Notes under the pieces: model-generated
The model's input: the letters and a program-made list of their open reading frames with translations, nothing else
Databases searched by the model: none
Told to the model about the DNA's origin: nothing
Translations under genes and position numbers: made by a program
NCBI GenBank assembly: GCA_964446575.1
Contig: CAYUOX010000062.1
Location: 19,871 to 83,870, forward strand
Source of the DNA: an uncultured Anaerolineaceae bacterium
GTDB taxonomy: Bacteria; Chloroflexota; Anaerolineae; Anaerolineales; DRMV01
Direction of reading: 5' to 3'
Length of the DNA stretch: 64,000 bases
Shown here: positions 8,730 through 18,110 of the stretch, piece by piece
Position numbering within the stretch: position 1 is the first letter of the stretch
Layout of the letters: each line of letters begins with the position of its first letter

Positions 8730-9473
8730 ATGAATCACCGCCTTCATTGGATGTTGGCCCTGGCCCTGCTGCTGAGTTTGTCGGCCTGCACCGCGCCCAC
8801 GGCCCCACCGACCCCTTCCCCCACGCCGCGGGTGTTGCTCACCCTACCGCTACCCACTCCAGTACCACCCACGCCCACGCCAACCCCCACACCCATCCCG
8901 GCCGAGCGCATTCTTTTCCAAGATGACTTCTCAGACCCCAACAGCGGCTGGACGCGCTTCAAGGCCGAATGGGGCATTAGCGACTATATCAACGGCCGCT
9001 ACCGCATCGGCGTGGGGCTGGCCTACACCGACTTGTGGGCCAACCCGGGCCTGGACTTCGACGATGTGCGCATCGAAGTGGATGCGCAAGCCGTTGCAGG
9101 GTCGGAATACAACAGTTTTGGCGTGATCTGCCGCTATCAAGACGACCAGAACTTCTATTTCTTCATTCTGAGCAACGCGGGCTATTACGCCATTATCAAG
9201 ATGGTCGATGGCGAGCAATATCAACTCACCCCCGAGCGTCAATTGGCTGTGCGTGGCATCATTCGGCCGGGCAGCCAAGTCAACCGGGTGCAAGCCGAGT
9301 GCGTGGGTGACCACCTGCGGCTCTATGCCAACGGGCATCTTTTGGCAGAGGTGCAAGACGACACCTTTCGCCATGGCGATGTGGGGCTGATCGCGGGTGC
9401 GTTCACCGATGCCGGCGTCATCGTCGAGTTCGACAATTTTGTCGTTCTGCGGCCCGAAGCCGACGCGCGCTGA
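8730..9473 (+). CDS. hypothetical lipoprotein, jelly-roll (LamG/DUF1080-like) domain, paralog 2
   Basis: Track ORF 8649..9473; ATG at 8730. Lipobox LLSLSAC and a PT-rich linker are followed by FQDDFSDPNSGW, FGVICRYQDDQNFYFF, NRVQAECVGDHLRLYANGHLL and GDVGL. Confidence 0.6.
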   Translation: MNHRLHWMLALALLLSLSACTAPTAPPTPSPTPRVLLTLPLPTPVPPTPTPTPTPIPAERILFQDDFSDPNSGWTRFKAEWGISDYINGRYRIGVGLAYTDLWANPGLDFDDVRIEVDAQAVAGSEYNSFGVICRYQDDQNFYFFILSNAGYYAIIKMVDGEQYQLTPERQLAVRGIIRPGSQVNRVQAECVGDHLRLYANGHLLAEVQDDTFRHGDVGLIAGAFTDAGVIVEFDNFVVLRPEADAR

Positions 9474-9626
9474 GCGCGTGCAAAATACCACCCTGGCTGG
9501 CGAAAGGCTTTACCCATTTCAGGGGGATGCCCTCCGGGCAGGGCCGGCCGCGCGCGGGTCTGACAACTCGTGTTACAATCGCGGCACGACGCGACGAGGC
9601 ACGACGCGCCTCGCGAGGGGTTGCTT

Positions 9627-9992
9627 ATGGATCCGCACCGGCGTCGGCGCTGGCTCTTCTTTTTCCTCAGCATCGGCGTGGGGCTGGCCGCGGGGTTGTA
9701 TTACGGCTGGGTCGTGCGCCCCGTGCGCTATGTCGACACCAGCCCCGACACCCTGCGCCAAGACTACAAGACCGACTTCGTGCTCATGGTGGCCGAGGCC
9801 TGGCAAGGCACGGGCGACATCGACATGGCGCGGCACTATTTGGCCTTGCTGGGTGGTGATCCGCGCGCCCAGGTCGAGCAAGCCTTGCAATACGCGGCCC
9901 AAGTCGGTTACGGTCCGGCCGACCTGCACCGTATGCGCAGCCTGCTGCAGGCCCTCCAACAGGCGCTGGCCACCGAGGAGGCCCAGCCATGA
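9627..9992 (+). CDS. hypothetical membrane-anchored protein (short paralog)
   Basis: Track ORF 9570..9992; ATG at 9627. Arg-rich N-terminus plus one TM helix, then the conserved PVRYVDTSPDTLRQDYK...LALLGGDP. The stop overlaps the next start (ATGA at 9989). Confidence 0.55.
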   Translation: MDPHRRRRWLFFFLSIGVGLAAGLYYGWVVRPVRYVDTSPDTLRQDYKTDFVLMVAEAWQGTGDIDMARHYLALLGGDPRAQVEQALQYAAQVGYGPADLHRMRSLLQALQQALATEEAQP

Positions 9993-10894
9993 CCCGCGCT
10001 CGCGCCGCCCGCCGCAGCGGCCCGCGTCCTCGGGCTCGGCCTCCGCGGCGAGGTAACGGCTATTTGCTGACCGGCTTGCTCCTGGGCGTGGGTTTGGGGC
10101 TGTTGGTGGCGTGGGTGTTGGCCCCCGTGCGCTATGTCGACACCACGCCTGACCGCCTGCGCGCGGACTTCAAAGACGCGTATCGCGCGCTCATCGCGCT
10201 GGCCTATCAAGGCAACCCCGACCTGGTGCGGGCCCAGGCGCGCTTGGCCCTATTGGGGGACCCCAACCCCGCGCAAGCCCTGGCCGTGCAGGCCCAACAC
10301 GCCCAAACGCGCGGTGCGCGCACCTACGAAATCGAGGCCCTACAGCGCCTGGCCGCGGACCTGAGCCGCGCGGCCGGTGCCGGCGTCGCGCTTTCGCCAG
10401 CCCGGCCGGCCAACGCGGAGCCTTCCCCCACCCCCACCCCAACCACGGCGACCCTGCCCGCCGCGGCCCCGCCCACCGTGGCCGCGGTGCGCACCCCCAC
10501 CCCCACCCCTTCGCCGCGCCCGACCGTGGTGGTCGAGGCCACGGCCACGCCGGCCCTCTTCTTCCGCGTGTTCAAGAAAGAGATGGTGTGCGATCCTGCG
10601 CAGCCCGGCCTGGTGCGGGTCGAAGTGTACGACGCGGAGGTTCAACCCCTGCCCGGCGTGGCCATCGTCGTGCTCGGGCCCCAAGGCGAGCAGGTCATCT
10701 ACACAGGCCTGCAGCCCGAGCGCGGGCTGGGCTATGCCGACTTCATCATGGACGCGGGCGCCACGTATCGGGTGCGGGTGCAAAGCGGCAGCGAAACCGC
10801 GGACGGGCTGGGCGCGGTCACTTGCCGGGGCGACCAAGGAGAAACGTATGCCGGCGGCTGGCAGGTGATTTTCACCGCGCGGCCCACACCGTAA
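9989..10894 (+). CDS. hypothetical membrane-anchored protein (long paralog with PT linker and C-terminal beta-rich domain)
   Basis: ORF 9989..10894. It shares the N-terminal module of the previous gene (PVRYVDTTPDRLRADFK...LALLGDPNP). A PT-rich linker and a ~100 aa C-terminal domain follow. Confidence 0.6.
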   Translation: MTRARAARRSGPRPRARPPRRGNGYLLTGLLLGVGLGLLVAWVLAPVRYVDTTPDRLRADFKDAYRALIALAYQGNPDLVRAQARLALLGDPNPAQALAVQAQHAQTRGARTYEIEALQRLAADLSRAAGAGVALSPARPANAEPSPTPTPTTATLPAAAPPTVAAVRTPTPTPSPRPTVVVEATATPALFFRVFKKEMVCDPAQPGLVRVEVYDAEVQPLPGVAIVVLGPQGEQVIYTGLQPERGLGYADFIMDAGATYRVRVQSGSETADGLGAVTCRGDQGETYAGGWQVIFTARPTP

Positions 10895-10907
10895 ACGCGA
10901 GGTCCTC

Positions 10908-11492
10908 ATGCAGTGGTGGGAGAGTTTCGGCTTAGGCCTCTCGGCCGCACTGATGCCGGGCGCGCTCCAGGCGTTCTTCTTCGCGCAGGCCGTGCAGCGT
11001 GGCTGGCGCGGGGCTTGGTATTTGGCCTTTACGCCGGTGGTGAGCGATGGGCCGGTGGTCGCGTTCACCTTGTGGGCGCTGGGGCGGTTGCCCACCGCGT
11101 GGCTGGCAGGGCTGCGCTGGGTGGGCGCGGCGTTTTTGCTGTGGGTGGCCTGGCGGCTATGGCATACGGCCACGGCCACCACCGCGGCCTCCGCGTCCAC
11201 CGCGCAGGTGCGCACCTTGGCCCAAGCCGTGAGCATCAACTGGCTCAACCCCAATGTGTACATCTTCTGGGCCACGGTGCTGGGTCCGCCGGTGCTTGCA
11301 GCGTGGCGGATGGAACCTTGGGCCGGCGTGCGTTTGGTGGCCGCCTTCTACGCGGCCATTGTCGCGGGCTCGTTGGCCGTGCTGTTCGTGTTCAGCCGAG
11401 CCCACGGCCTTGCGCCTGCGTGGCGGGCGCGGCTCACCCGGCTGAGTGCGGGGCTCATGGCCCTGTTCGCGGCGCTGCTGGCCTTCGGATAG
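10908..11492 (+). CDS. LysE/RhtB family amino-acid exporter
   Basis: ORF 10908..11492. About 190 aa with 5-6 TM segments. The N-terminal pattern GLSAALMPGALQAFFF...GPVV and the size fit the LysE family. Confidence 0.7.
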   Translation: MQWWESFGLGLSAALMPGALQAFFFAQAVQRGWRGAWYLAFTPVVSDGPVVAFTLWALGRLPTAWLAGLRWVGAAFLLWVAWRLWHTATATTAASASTAQVRTLAQAVSINWLNPNVYIFWATVLGPPVLAAWRMEPWAGVRLVAAFYAAIVAGSLAVLFVFSRAHGLAPAWRARLTRLSAGLMALFAALLAFG

Positions 11493-11530
11493 CGCCTCGC
11501 GGCACTGTCCTCGCGTGCGGTCGCGCGGCC

Positions 11531-12874
11531 TCATCCTTGAGCCCCATGGTCGGCCGCGGCCTTGGGCGCGTCGTCTTCCGAGGACGTTGCGCCTTGCATC
11601 TCGGCCAACAACTGCCGGGCCCGGTCCAGGCGGATGGCCCCTTCGGCGACCATCTGCTGCGCGATGCGCTGCGCCAATTCGCCCGTGGCCCCCGCGGCCA
11701 TAGCGATTTGCCGCGCGTGCAGGCGCATATGCCCTCGTTGGATGCCCTCGGTGGCCAAGGCCCGCAGCGCGGCCAGGTTCTGCGCCAGACCTACTGCGAC
11801 CACGATTTCGGCCAATTCGCGCGCGGTGGTGACCCCCATCAGTTGCAGCGCCGCGCGCGCGCCAGGGTGCGCGCGGGTGGCCCCCCCCACGATGCCCACG
11901 GCCAAAGGCATCTCTAAAGTCCCCACCAGCGCGCCGTCGGCATCGACCTCCCAAGTCGACAACGAGGTATAACGGCCATGCCGCGCGGCATACGCATGCG
12001 CGCCGGCTTCGACCGCGCGCCAATCGTTGCCCGTGGCAATAAGCACCGCGTCAATGCCGTTCATGATGCCTTTGTTGTGCGTCGCGGCGCGATAAGGGTC
12101 GGCGGCGGCAAAGGCCCACGCGGCCACAATGCCATCGCGCACCGCTTGACCCGAAAACCCCCGAAACGCCAACGCATCCGCGGGGATGCGCACCCACGCG
12201 CGCGCCAGCCGCCGATCGGCCAAATTGGACAAAATGCGCAGCACGGCCCGCCCGGAGGTCAAATCCTCTAAATGCGGCGCCAAATGCTCGCACGCGGTGT
12301 TGACCGCGTTCGCGCCCATGGCGTCGCGCACGTCGTAGATCAAATGCACCACCAAAAAGGTCCCCAGCGCCGGATGCGTCAACACCCGCACCTCCAAATC
12401 GCGCGGGCCGCCGCCCAGGCGTTCCAACAGCGGGTCCAGCCCCTGCAGCCGGGCCAGCAGTTCGTCTTTGGCCTCCAAAACACGCAGCCGGGCCGCGTAG
12501 GGGTCGGGCACATCCACCAATTGGATTTGGCCGATCATGAGGGGGTCGGTGGCGTGGGCGCGAAAACCACCCCCCGCGCGGGCCAGTTTGGCCATGTATG
12601 AGGCACCGGCCACGATGGACGGCTCTTCGACTGCCATGGGCACCAGCACCTCACGGCCGTTGACCACAAAGTTGGTGGCAATGCCCAAGGGCAGGCCATG
12701 CACACCGATGACATTTTCGATCATGGTGTCGGCCAGGTCGGGGGTGAGCCCGGCCTCACCCCCCAACGCGGCCAGGGCCTCGGGCGACAGCCATCCTAAT
12801 TCGACCAACCGCTGCCGCCGCTGGGACCAAGGCAAGTGATAAAAGCCGGGCAGGCGAGAAGTGGGCTGAGGCAT
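11531..12874 (-). CDS. mvaA: hydroxymethylglutaryl-CoA reductase, class II
   Basis: Track ORF 11531..12985; ATG at 12874 follows AGGAGA. Motifs ENVIGVHGLPLGIATNFVVNG, VPMAVEEPSIVAGAS, DAMGANAVNT, GNDWRAVEAGAHAYA and EGIQRGHMRLHAR. Confidence 0.85.
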   Translation of the reverse strand: MPQPTSRLPGFYHLPWSQRRQRLVELGWLSPEALAALGGEAGLTPDLADTMIENVIGVHGLPLGIATNFVVNGREVLVPMAVEEPSIVAGASYMAKLARAGGGFRAHATDPLMIGQIQLVDVPDPYAARLRVLEAKDELLARLQGLDPLLERLGGGPRDLEVRVLTHPALGTFLVVHLIYDVRDAMGANAVNTACEHLAPHLEDLTSGRAVLRILSNLADRRLARAWVRIPADALAFRGFSGQAVRDGIVAAWAFAAADPYRAATHNKGIMNGIDAVLIATGNDWRAVEAGAHAYAARHGRYTSLSTWEVDADGALVGTLEMPLAVGIVGGATRAHPGARAALQLMGVTTARELAEIVVAVGLAQNLAALRALATEGIQRGHMRLHARQIAMAAGATGELAQRIAQQMVAEGAIRLDRARQLLAEMQGATSSEDDAPKAAADHGAQG

Positions 12875-12932
12875 GGCGCTTCTCCTGGGGGAAAACTCCG
12901 CGCGGGCCCGCGGCGGGCCCATGGCGCGCGCC

Positions 12933-12969
12933 ATTATACCGCGACGAATGCGCCGGCCCGTGGTATACT
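12933..12969. promoter_or_regulatory. divergent -10 boxes between HMG-CoA reductase gene and moaA
   Basis: GGTATAAT on the minus strand (12938..12933) and TGgTATACT on the plus strand (12961..12969). Confidence 0.4.
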
Positions 12970-13008
12970 TTTTGCAAGAGAACACTCTAAAAAATTCCCG
13001 AGGTGAGC

Positions 13009-13989
13009 ATGGCCTTTGACCGCTATGGCCGGCGGCTGCATTACTTGCGCATCAGCCTGACCGACCACTGCAACCTGCGTTGCGTCTACTGCATGCCGGA
13101 AGACATGACCTTCCGGCCCAACCACGAGTTGATGCAAGACGACGAAATCTTGTTTTTCGTGCGTTTGTTTGCGGATCTGGGGTTCGACAAAATTCGCCTC
13201 ACCGGCGGCGAGCCCACAGTGCGGGCCGGCGTGGTGGACCTGGTGCGCGGCATTGCGGCGACGCGCGGCATTCGCACGGTCACCATGACCACCAACGGCA
13301 TCTTGTTGCCCAAATTGGCAGCAGCGTTGGCCCAGGCTGGGCTGCAGCGGGTCAATGTCAGCCTCGACACGTTAGATCCCAAAAAGTTCCGTCGTCTGAC
13401 CCGCTGGGGTGACCTGGAGGATGTGTTGGAAGGCATTCGGGCTGCGGAAGAGGCGGGTCTGACGCCCATCAAAATTAACGCGGTGGTGGTACGGGGCTAT
13501 AACGAAGCCGATGTGGTCGATCTGGCCGGGCTGACCTTGACGCGCGATTGGCAAGTGCGCTTCATCGAGATGATGCCCTTCGCGGGCGCGACCGACGTTC
13601 AACGCGCGCTGGTGGTCACCACCCACGAGATGATGGCCCAATTGCGCGCGGCTTACGGCGGCCTGGAGCCGGTGGACGGCGGCCGGCTGGACGGCGAAGC
13701 GCGGCTGTATCGGCTACCGGGCGCCCGGGGGACGGTGGGCTTCATCTCGACCATCAGCCAGCCCTTTTGCGCGTCGTGCACGCGCGTCCGGCTCACCGCG
13801 GACGGCCACTTGCGGCTCTGTTTGCTGCGCGAGCAAGAGGTCGACCTGCTCACGCCCTTGCGCCAGGGCGCGTCGCGTGAGACCCTGCGCCGCATGATCA
13901 CCGACGCGTTATGGGCCAAGCCGTGGGGGCACGGCCTGGCCCAAGGCGAAATTCCGCTCAACCGCACGATGAGCCAAATTGGGGGCTGA
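13009..13989 (+). CDS. moaA: GTP 3',8-cyclase MoaA (radical SAM)
   Basis: Track ORF starts at GTG 13003; ATG at 13009 gives MAFDRYGRRLHYLRISLTDHCNLRCVYCMP (CxxxCxxC). The C-terminal Cys cluster CASCTRVRLTADG is present. The start could be 13003. Confidence 0.9.
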   Translation: MAFDRYGRRLHYLRISLTDHCNLRCVYCMPEDMTFRPNHELMQDDEILFFVRLFADLGFDKIRLTGGEPTVRAGVVDLVRGIAATRGIRTVTMTTNGILLPKLAAALAQAGLQRVNVSLDTLDPKKFRRLTRWGDLEDVLEGIRAAEEAGLTPIKINAVVVRGYNEADVVDLAGLTLTRDWQVRFIEMMPFAGATDVQRALVVTTHEMMAQLRAAYGGLEPVDGGRLDGEARLYRLPGARGTVGFISTISQPFCASCTRVRLTADGHLRLCLLREQEVDLLTPLRQGASRETLRRMITDALWAKPWGHGLAQGEIPLNRTMSQIGG

Positions 13990-14003
13990 AAAGCCCCGCG
14001 GCC

Positions 14004-16763
14004 TCAAGCCGCCGCGGCAGGGCGATGGCGCAGCGCGGCCTGGGCTGCGGCCAACCGCGCCACCGGCACCCGGAAAGGCGAGCAACTGACGTAGTTCAGG
14101 CCGATGAGATGACAAAACTCGATGCTGTCAGGGTCGCCGCCGTGCTCGCCGCAGATGCCCACTTCCAAGTCGGGCCGGGCTTCGCGCCCCTCGCGAACGG
14201 CTACACGCATTAGCCGCCCCACCCCCTCCCGGTCGATGGTCTGGAACGGGTTGCGCGGTAGCAATCCCTCTTCAATGTAGTGAGCCAAAAACGAGCGTTC
14301 GGCATCGTCACGGCTGAACCCAAAGGTCATTTGCGTCAGGTCGTTGGTACCAAAGGAGAAGAACTCGGCCACGCGCGCAATGTCGCCCGCGGTCAGCGCG
14401 GCCCGCGGAATTTCGATCATGGTGCCAAACTTGTATGGGAACGACACCCCTCGCTCGCGCATCACCTGCTGGGCCACCTCCTCCAGCCGCGGTTGAATGA
14501 AGTTCAACTCCGCGACATGGCTGACCAAAGGAATCATCACCTCGGGCTTGACCACCACCCCGCGCGCGGCCACATTGGCCGCGGCTTCGAAAATGGCCCG
14601 CACCTGCATTTCCACGATTTCGGGCCGCAGCACGCTCAAACGCACGCCCCGCAGCCCCATCATCGGGTTGCTCTCGTGCAACGCCCGCACCCGAGCCAGC
14701 AGATGCTCCTTTTCGGCCAAGCCATTGGTCTCGCCCCGGGCCTTGAGGGTGGCAATCTCTTCAACCAACTGCTCCACCGAGGGCAAGAACTCATGCAAAG
14801 GCGGGTCGAGCAGGCGAATGATGACCGGGTAGCCGTCCATGGCCTCGAACAGGCCTTCGAACACCCGGCGCTGAAAAGGCAGCAGTTGGTCCAACAGCAC
14901 ACGGCGCTCTTCGTCGCCCTCGGCCAAAATGAAACGCTGGACAATGTCCAACTGTTCGGGCGCGAAGAACATGTGCTCGGTGCGGGCCAGGCCAATGCCT
15001 TTGGCGCCATAACGCCGCGCGCGGGCTGCGTCCTCCCGGCTGTCGGCGTTGGCCCACACCTCCAAGCCGCGGGTAGGCCAACCCGGTGGACCCTGGCGCA
15101 TGTCGGGTCGAGCCGCGATCTCGTCGGCCCAGTCCAGCAGGGTGAGCAGGTCGGTTTGCTCTTCCAGGTCGGGCGCGACGGTGGGCAGTTGGCCCAAGAA
15201 CACCTCGCCAGTGGCGCCGTCCAGTGAGATCCAATCGCCTTCGCGCACGATGACTTCATCGGCCACCATGCGCCGACGCTTGAGGTCAATGCGCAGGCCG
15301 CTCGCGCCCACCACCGCGGGGATGCCGAACTGCCGGGCCACCACCGCGGCGTGGCTTGTCGCGCCACCTTCGCTGGTCAAAATGCCCTGGGACGCGACCA
15401 TGCCGTGCACATCGTCGGGCTTGGTAAAGGGGCGTACCATGATGACGGGCTCGCCTTCTTCTTTGGCCACCCGCTCCGCGGTGTCGGCATCGAAGTAGAC
15501 GCGTCCCACCGCGGCCCCTGGCGACGCGGGCACGCCTCGAGCGATGAGGCGCTCTTCGCGGCGGGCCGCTTCGACGGCCTCGGGCGGGAATTGGGGATGC
15601 AGCAACGCGTTTACCTGGTCGGGCGTGACCCGCAGCACGGCTTCTTCGCGAGTGATGAGCCCTTCGTGCACCATGTCCACCGCAATTTTGACCGCCGCGC
15701 GCGCGGTGCGTTTGCCCGTGCGGGTCTGCAACATCCACAACTTGCCCCGCTCAATGGTGAACTCGATGTCTTGCATGTCACGATAATAGCGTTCCAGCCG
15801 ATCGACGATGTCCAACAACTGCTGGTAGACCTGGGGCAACTCTTCGGCCATCTTCTGGATGGGGGACGGGGTCCGAATGCCCGCGACCACGTCTTCGCCC
15901 TGGGCGTTGAGCAAATATTCGCCCCAGATCTGCTTTTCGCCCGTGCTGGGGTTGCGAGTGAAGGCAACGCCGGTGCCACTGTCCCAACCCATGTTGCCGA
16001 AGACCATGGCTACGATGTTGACCGCGGTGCCCAAATCGTCGGGGATGCCTGTTTCGCGGCGATAGTCGCGGGCCCGCTTGCTGTTCCACGAGCGAAACAC
16101 GGCCTCGATGGCGAGGCGCAACTGTTCATAGGGGTCCTGGGGAAAATCCTGCCCTGTGAAGGCCTGGACAACGGCCTTGTAGCGTTCCACCAGTTCGTGC
16201 AGCGCGGCCGCGTCCAGGTCCGTGTCTTCGCGAGCGCCTTTTTGCGATTTGAGCACGGCGAGCACGTTTTCAAACGCGTCTTCGCGAATGCCCAACACGA
16301 TGGAGCCGTACATTTGAATCAAACGCCGGTAGGCATCGTAAACGAAGCGTTCATCATGGGTGAGGGCGATCATGCCTTGAACGGTGGCATCGGTCAGGCC
16401 AACGTTGAGCACCGTGTCCATCATGCCGGGCATGGAATACTTGGCACCCGAGCGCACAGCCACGAGCAAAGGCCGTTGGGGGTCGCCGAAGGACTTGCCG
16501 GTTTGGGCTTCGACGTCTTGCAAGGCCTCCAGCACCTGATCCCACAAGCCTGGGGGCAATTGCCCGTCATGGGCCAAGTAATAGCGGCAGGCCTCGGTGG
16601 TGATGGTGAAGCCCGGGGGCACGGGCAAGCCTGCGTGGGTCATTTCGGCCAACCCCGCGCCCTTGCCGCCCAGCACGCCCCGAATGGCATCGGGGTCGTC
16701 GCCGACCTCTTGTTTGAGTAAAGGCAAATCAGCGAAACGATAGACCCAGCGTTTGGCGGTCAT
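14004..16763 (-). CDS. ppdK: pyruvate, phosphate dikinase
   Basis: Track ORF 14004..16859; ATG at 16763 follows AGGAGG. About 920 aa with GGKGAGLAEM, the phospho-His region TSEGGATSHAAVVARQFG and the C-terminal FFSFGTNDLTQ ... CGEHGGDP. Confidence 0.95.
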   Translation of the reverse strand: MTAKRWVYRFADLPLLKQEVGDDPDAIRGVLGGKGAGLAEMTHAGLPVPPGFTITTEACRYYLAHDGQLPPGLWDQVLEALQDVEAQTGKSFGDPQRPLLVAVRSGAKYSMPGMMDTVLNVGLTDATVQGMIALTHDERFVYDAYRRLIQMYGSIVLGIREDAFENVLAVLKSQKGAREDTDLDAAALHELVERYKAVVQAFTGQDFPQDPYEQLRLAIEAVFRSWNSKRARDYRRETGIPDDLGTAVNIVAMVFGNMGWDSGTGVAFTRNPSTGEKQIWGEYLLNAQGEDVVAGIRTPSPIQKMAEELPQVYQQLLDIVDRLERYYRDMQDIEFTIERGKLWMLQTRTGKRTARAAVKIAVDMVHEGLITREEAVLRVTPDQVNALLHPQFPPEAVEAARREERLIARGVPASPGAAVGRVYFDADTAERVAKEEGEPVIMVRPFTKPDDVHGMVASQGILTSEGGATSHAAVVARQFGIPAVVGASGLRIDLKRRRMVADEVIVREGDWISLDGATGEVFLGQLPTVAPDLEEQTDLLTLLDWADEIAARPDMRQGPPGWPTRGLEVWANADSREDAARARRYGAKGIGLARTEHMFFAPEQLDIVQRFILAEGDEERRVLLDQLLPFQRRVFEGLFEAMDGYPVIIRLLDPPLHEFLPSVEQLVEEIATLKARGETNGLAEKEHLLARVRALHESNPMMGLRGVRLSVLRPEIVEMQVRAIFEAAANVAARGVVVKPEVMIPLVSHVAELNFIQPRLEEVAQQVMRERGVSFPYKFGTMIEIPRAALTAGDIARVAEFFSFGTNDLTQMTFGFSRDDAERSFLAHYIEEGLLPRNPFQTIDREGVGRLMRVAVREGREARPDLEVGICGEHGGDPDSIEFCHLIGLNYVSCSPFRVPVARLAAAQAALRHRPAAAA

Positions 16764-16879
16764 GGGTACCCTCCTATTGGGAGATGCGAACCAACCCAGC
16801 CAATGGGCAGCCATCCAATGTTCAGGATAGCGCTCGGTGCGGGCACGCGCCATTGTCATTCAGGCAAAAGCCCGGTTCC

Positions 16880-16918
16880 AAACGCAAAACGGCCCGCCGC
16901 GCGGGGCAGCGAGCCGTT
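16880..16918 (-). terminator. intrinsic terminator after the lipoprotein cytochrome c gene
   Basis: Minus-strand reading AACGGCTCGCTGC-cccgc-GCGGCGGGCCGTT, a 13-bp stem with two G.U pairs, followed by TTTTGCGTTT. Confidence 0.6.
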
Positions 16919-16953
16919 CCTGGGAGCCTTGAGATGCTGGCGCCTCCTGGGGG

Positions 16954-17580
16954 TTATTGTTCCTCGCCCGCCGGCGTACCGGCGAGGATCTCTAAACCCT
17001 TGTCGGGCGAATCGGCCGGCCGGCCCAGGGGCATGTCCTTCTTGATCACCAGGCGCTCGTACAAGATGGAGTTCTCCCAATCGCCGCCGCCCAAGATGTC
17101 GTTACCCTGGGCATCGGGCGCGCTGCGGTACGAACCGGCCAGGATGTCTTCGTAGGTCTCCAGGCTCAGGCCTGCGTTGGATTGGGTGCCGACGAAGTTG
17201 GCGTTGTGGCAGGCGGTGCAAGGCACCGAGCCCTCGTACCAAATGCCCATCTCGGTGAACAGCGGCAACACATCGGCCTCAAAGGTGGCCTGACAGGTTT
17301 GTCCGTCCAGGTCGGTGAAGGTGAACGGCTCGTCTTTGGGCGTGCCCGCGGCCACCCACGCGCCGATCAAGTCGGCCGGGTAGACCCGACAGCCCGCGGG
17401 GGCTTCGGCCACGGCCGCACCGGGTTCGGGGGTGGGTTCCGGCGGCAGCGTGGCCGGCGGCAGGGTGGGGATGGGCGTATGTTCGACCTGCGCGAAATCG
17501 GGCGCACCCTGAAGGCCACAACCCACCGCCACCACGGCCACCAGCGTGATCATCAGCCAAACGAAGATTCGCGTGCGCAT
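16954..17580 (-). CDS. lipoprotein monohaem c-type cytochrome
   Basis: ORF 16954..17580, ATG preceded by GAGGAGGTG. Lipobox VAVGCG, a Pro/Thr-rich linker, a single CTACH motif and a distal KKDMPLGRP (candidate Met ligand). It is the last gene of the ACIII-oriented run. Confidence 0.7.
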   Translation of the reverse strand: MRTRIFVWLMITLVAVVAVGCGLQGAPDFAQVEHTPIPTLPPATLPPEPTPEPGAAVAEAPAGCRVYPADLIGAWVAAGTPKDEPFTFTDLDGQTCQATFEADVLPLFTEMGIWYEGSVPCTACHNANFVGTQSNAGLSLETYEDILAGSYRSAPDAQGNDILGGGDWENSILYERLVIKKDMPLGRPADSPDKGLEILAGTPAGEEQ

Positions 17581-17615
17581 AAGGCGTCACCTCCTCGGGT
17601 TCGATGCAGGGGCCG

Positions 17616-18110
17616 TCATTGCCCGGCCTGGGCTTGCAAGGACCGAATGTAGTTGATCACATCCCAACGGTCCCGAATGGTCAGGCTCTCACGCATGGGG
17701 GGCATGTTGGGCGTGCCATTGGTGATGAACACAAACATGCCTTTGTCGTCCAGCGCGGAGGTCACCAAGTTGGCCGGCTTCAGGCCATAATCGGCCATCA
17801 CGCCGTCGCCCTGGCCTTGGGGACCGTGGCACACCGCGCAATGGATGTCATAGAGCACGCGGCCCCGCTGCAACGAGACTTCGTCCGCGGGCACGGGGTT
17901 GTCAGGGACGCCCACATACTTGACATACTCGGCCATATAGGGGACCGAATCCTCGGGCACCGGCAGCGGGTCTTCCATCGGCCGGTACGACGGTTGGTTC
18001 TCCATCATGGAAAGCCAGTCCACCTTGATGATCTCGTAGGTGAACAGCAATCCCACGATGAGGGGACCGCCCAGCAAAGTCAGGATGACGAACAGGCGTA
18101 GACCTTTCAT
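17616..18110 (-). CDS. actE: Alternative Complex III subunit ActE (monohaem cytochrome c, N-terminal anchor)
   Basis: ORF 17616..18110 with a 4-nt overlap with actD. One TM helix, a single CAVCHG and a downstream NMPPM. Confidence 0.75.
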   Translation of the reverse strand: MKGLRLFVILTLLGGPLIVGLLFTYEIIKVDWLSMMENQPSYRPMEDPLPVPEDSVPYMAEYVKYVGVPDNPVPADEVSLQRGRVLYDIHCAVCHGPQGQGDGVMADYGLKPANLVTSALDDKGMFVFITNGTPNMPPMRESLTIRDRWDVINYIRSLQAQAGQ

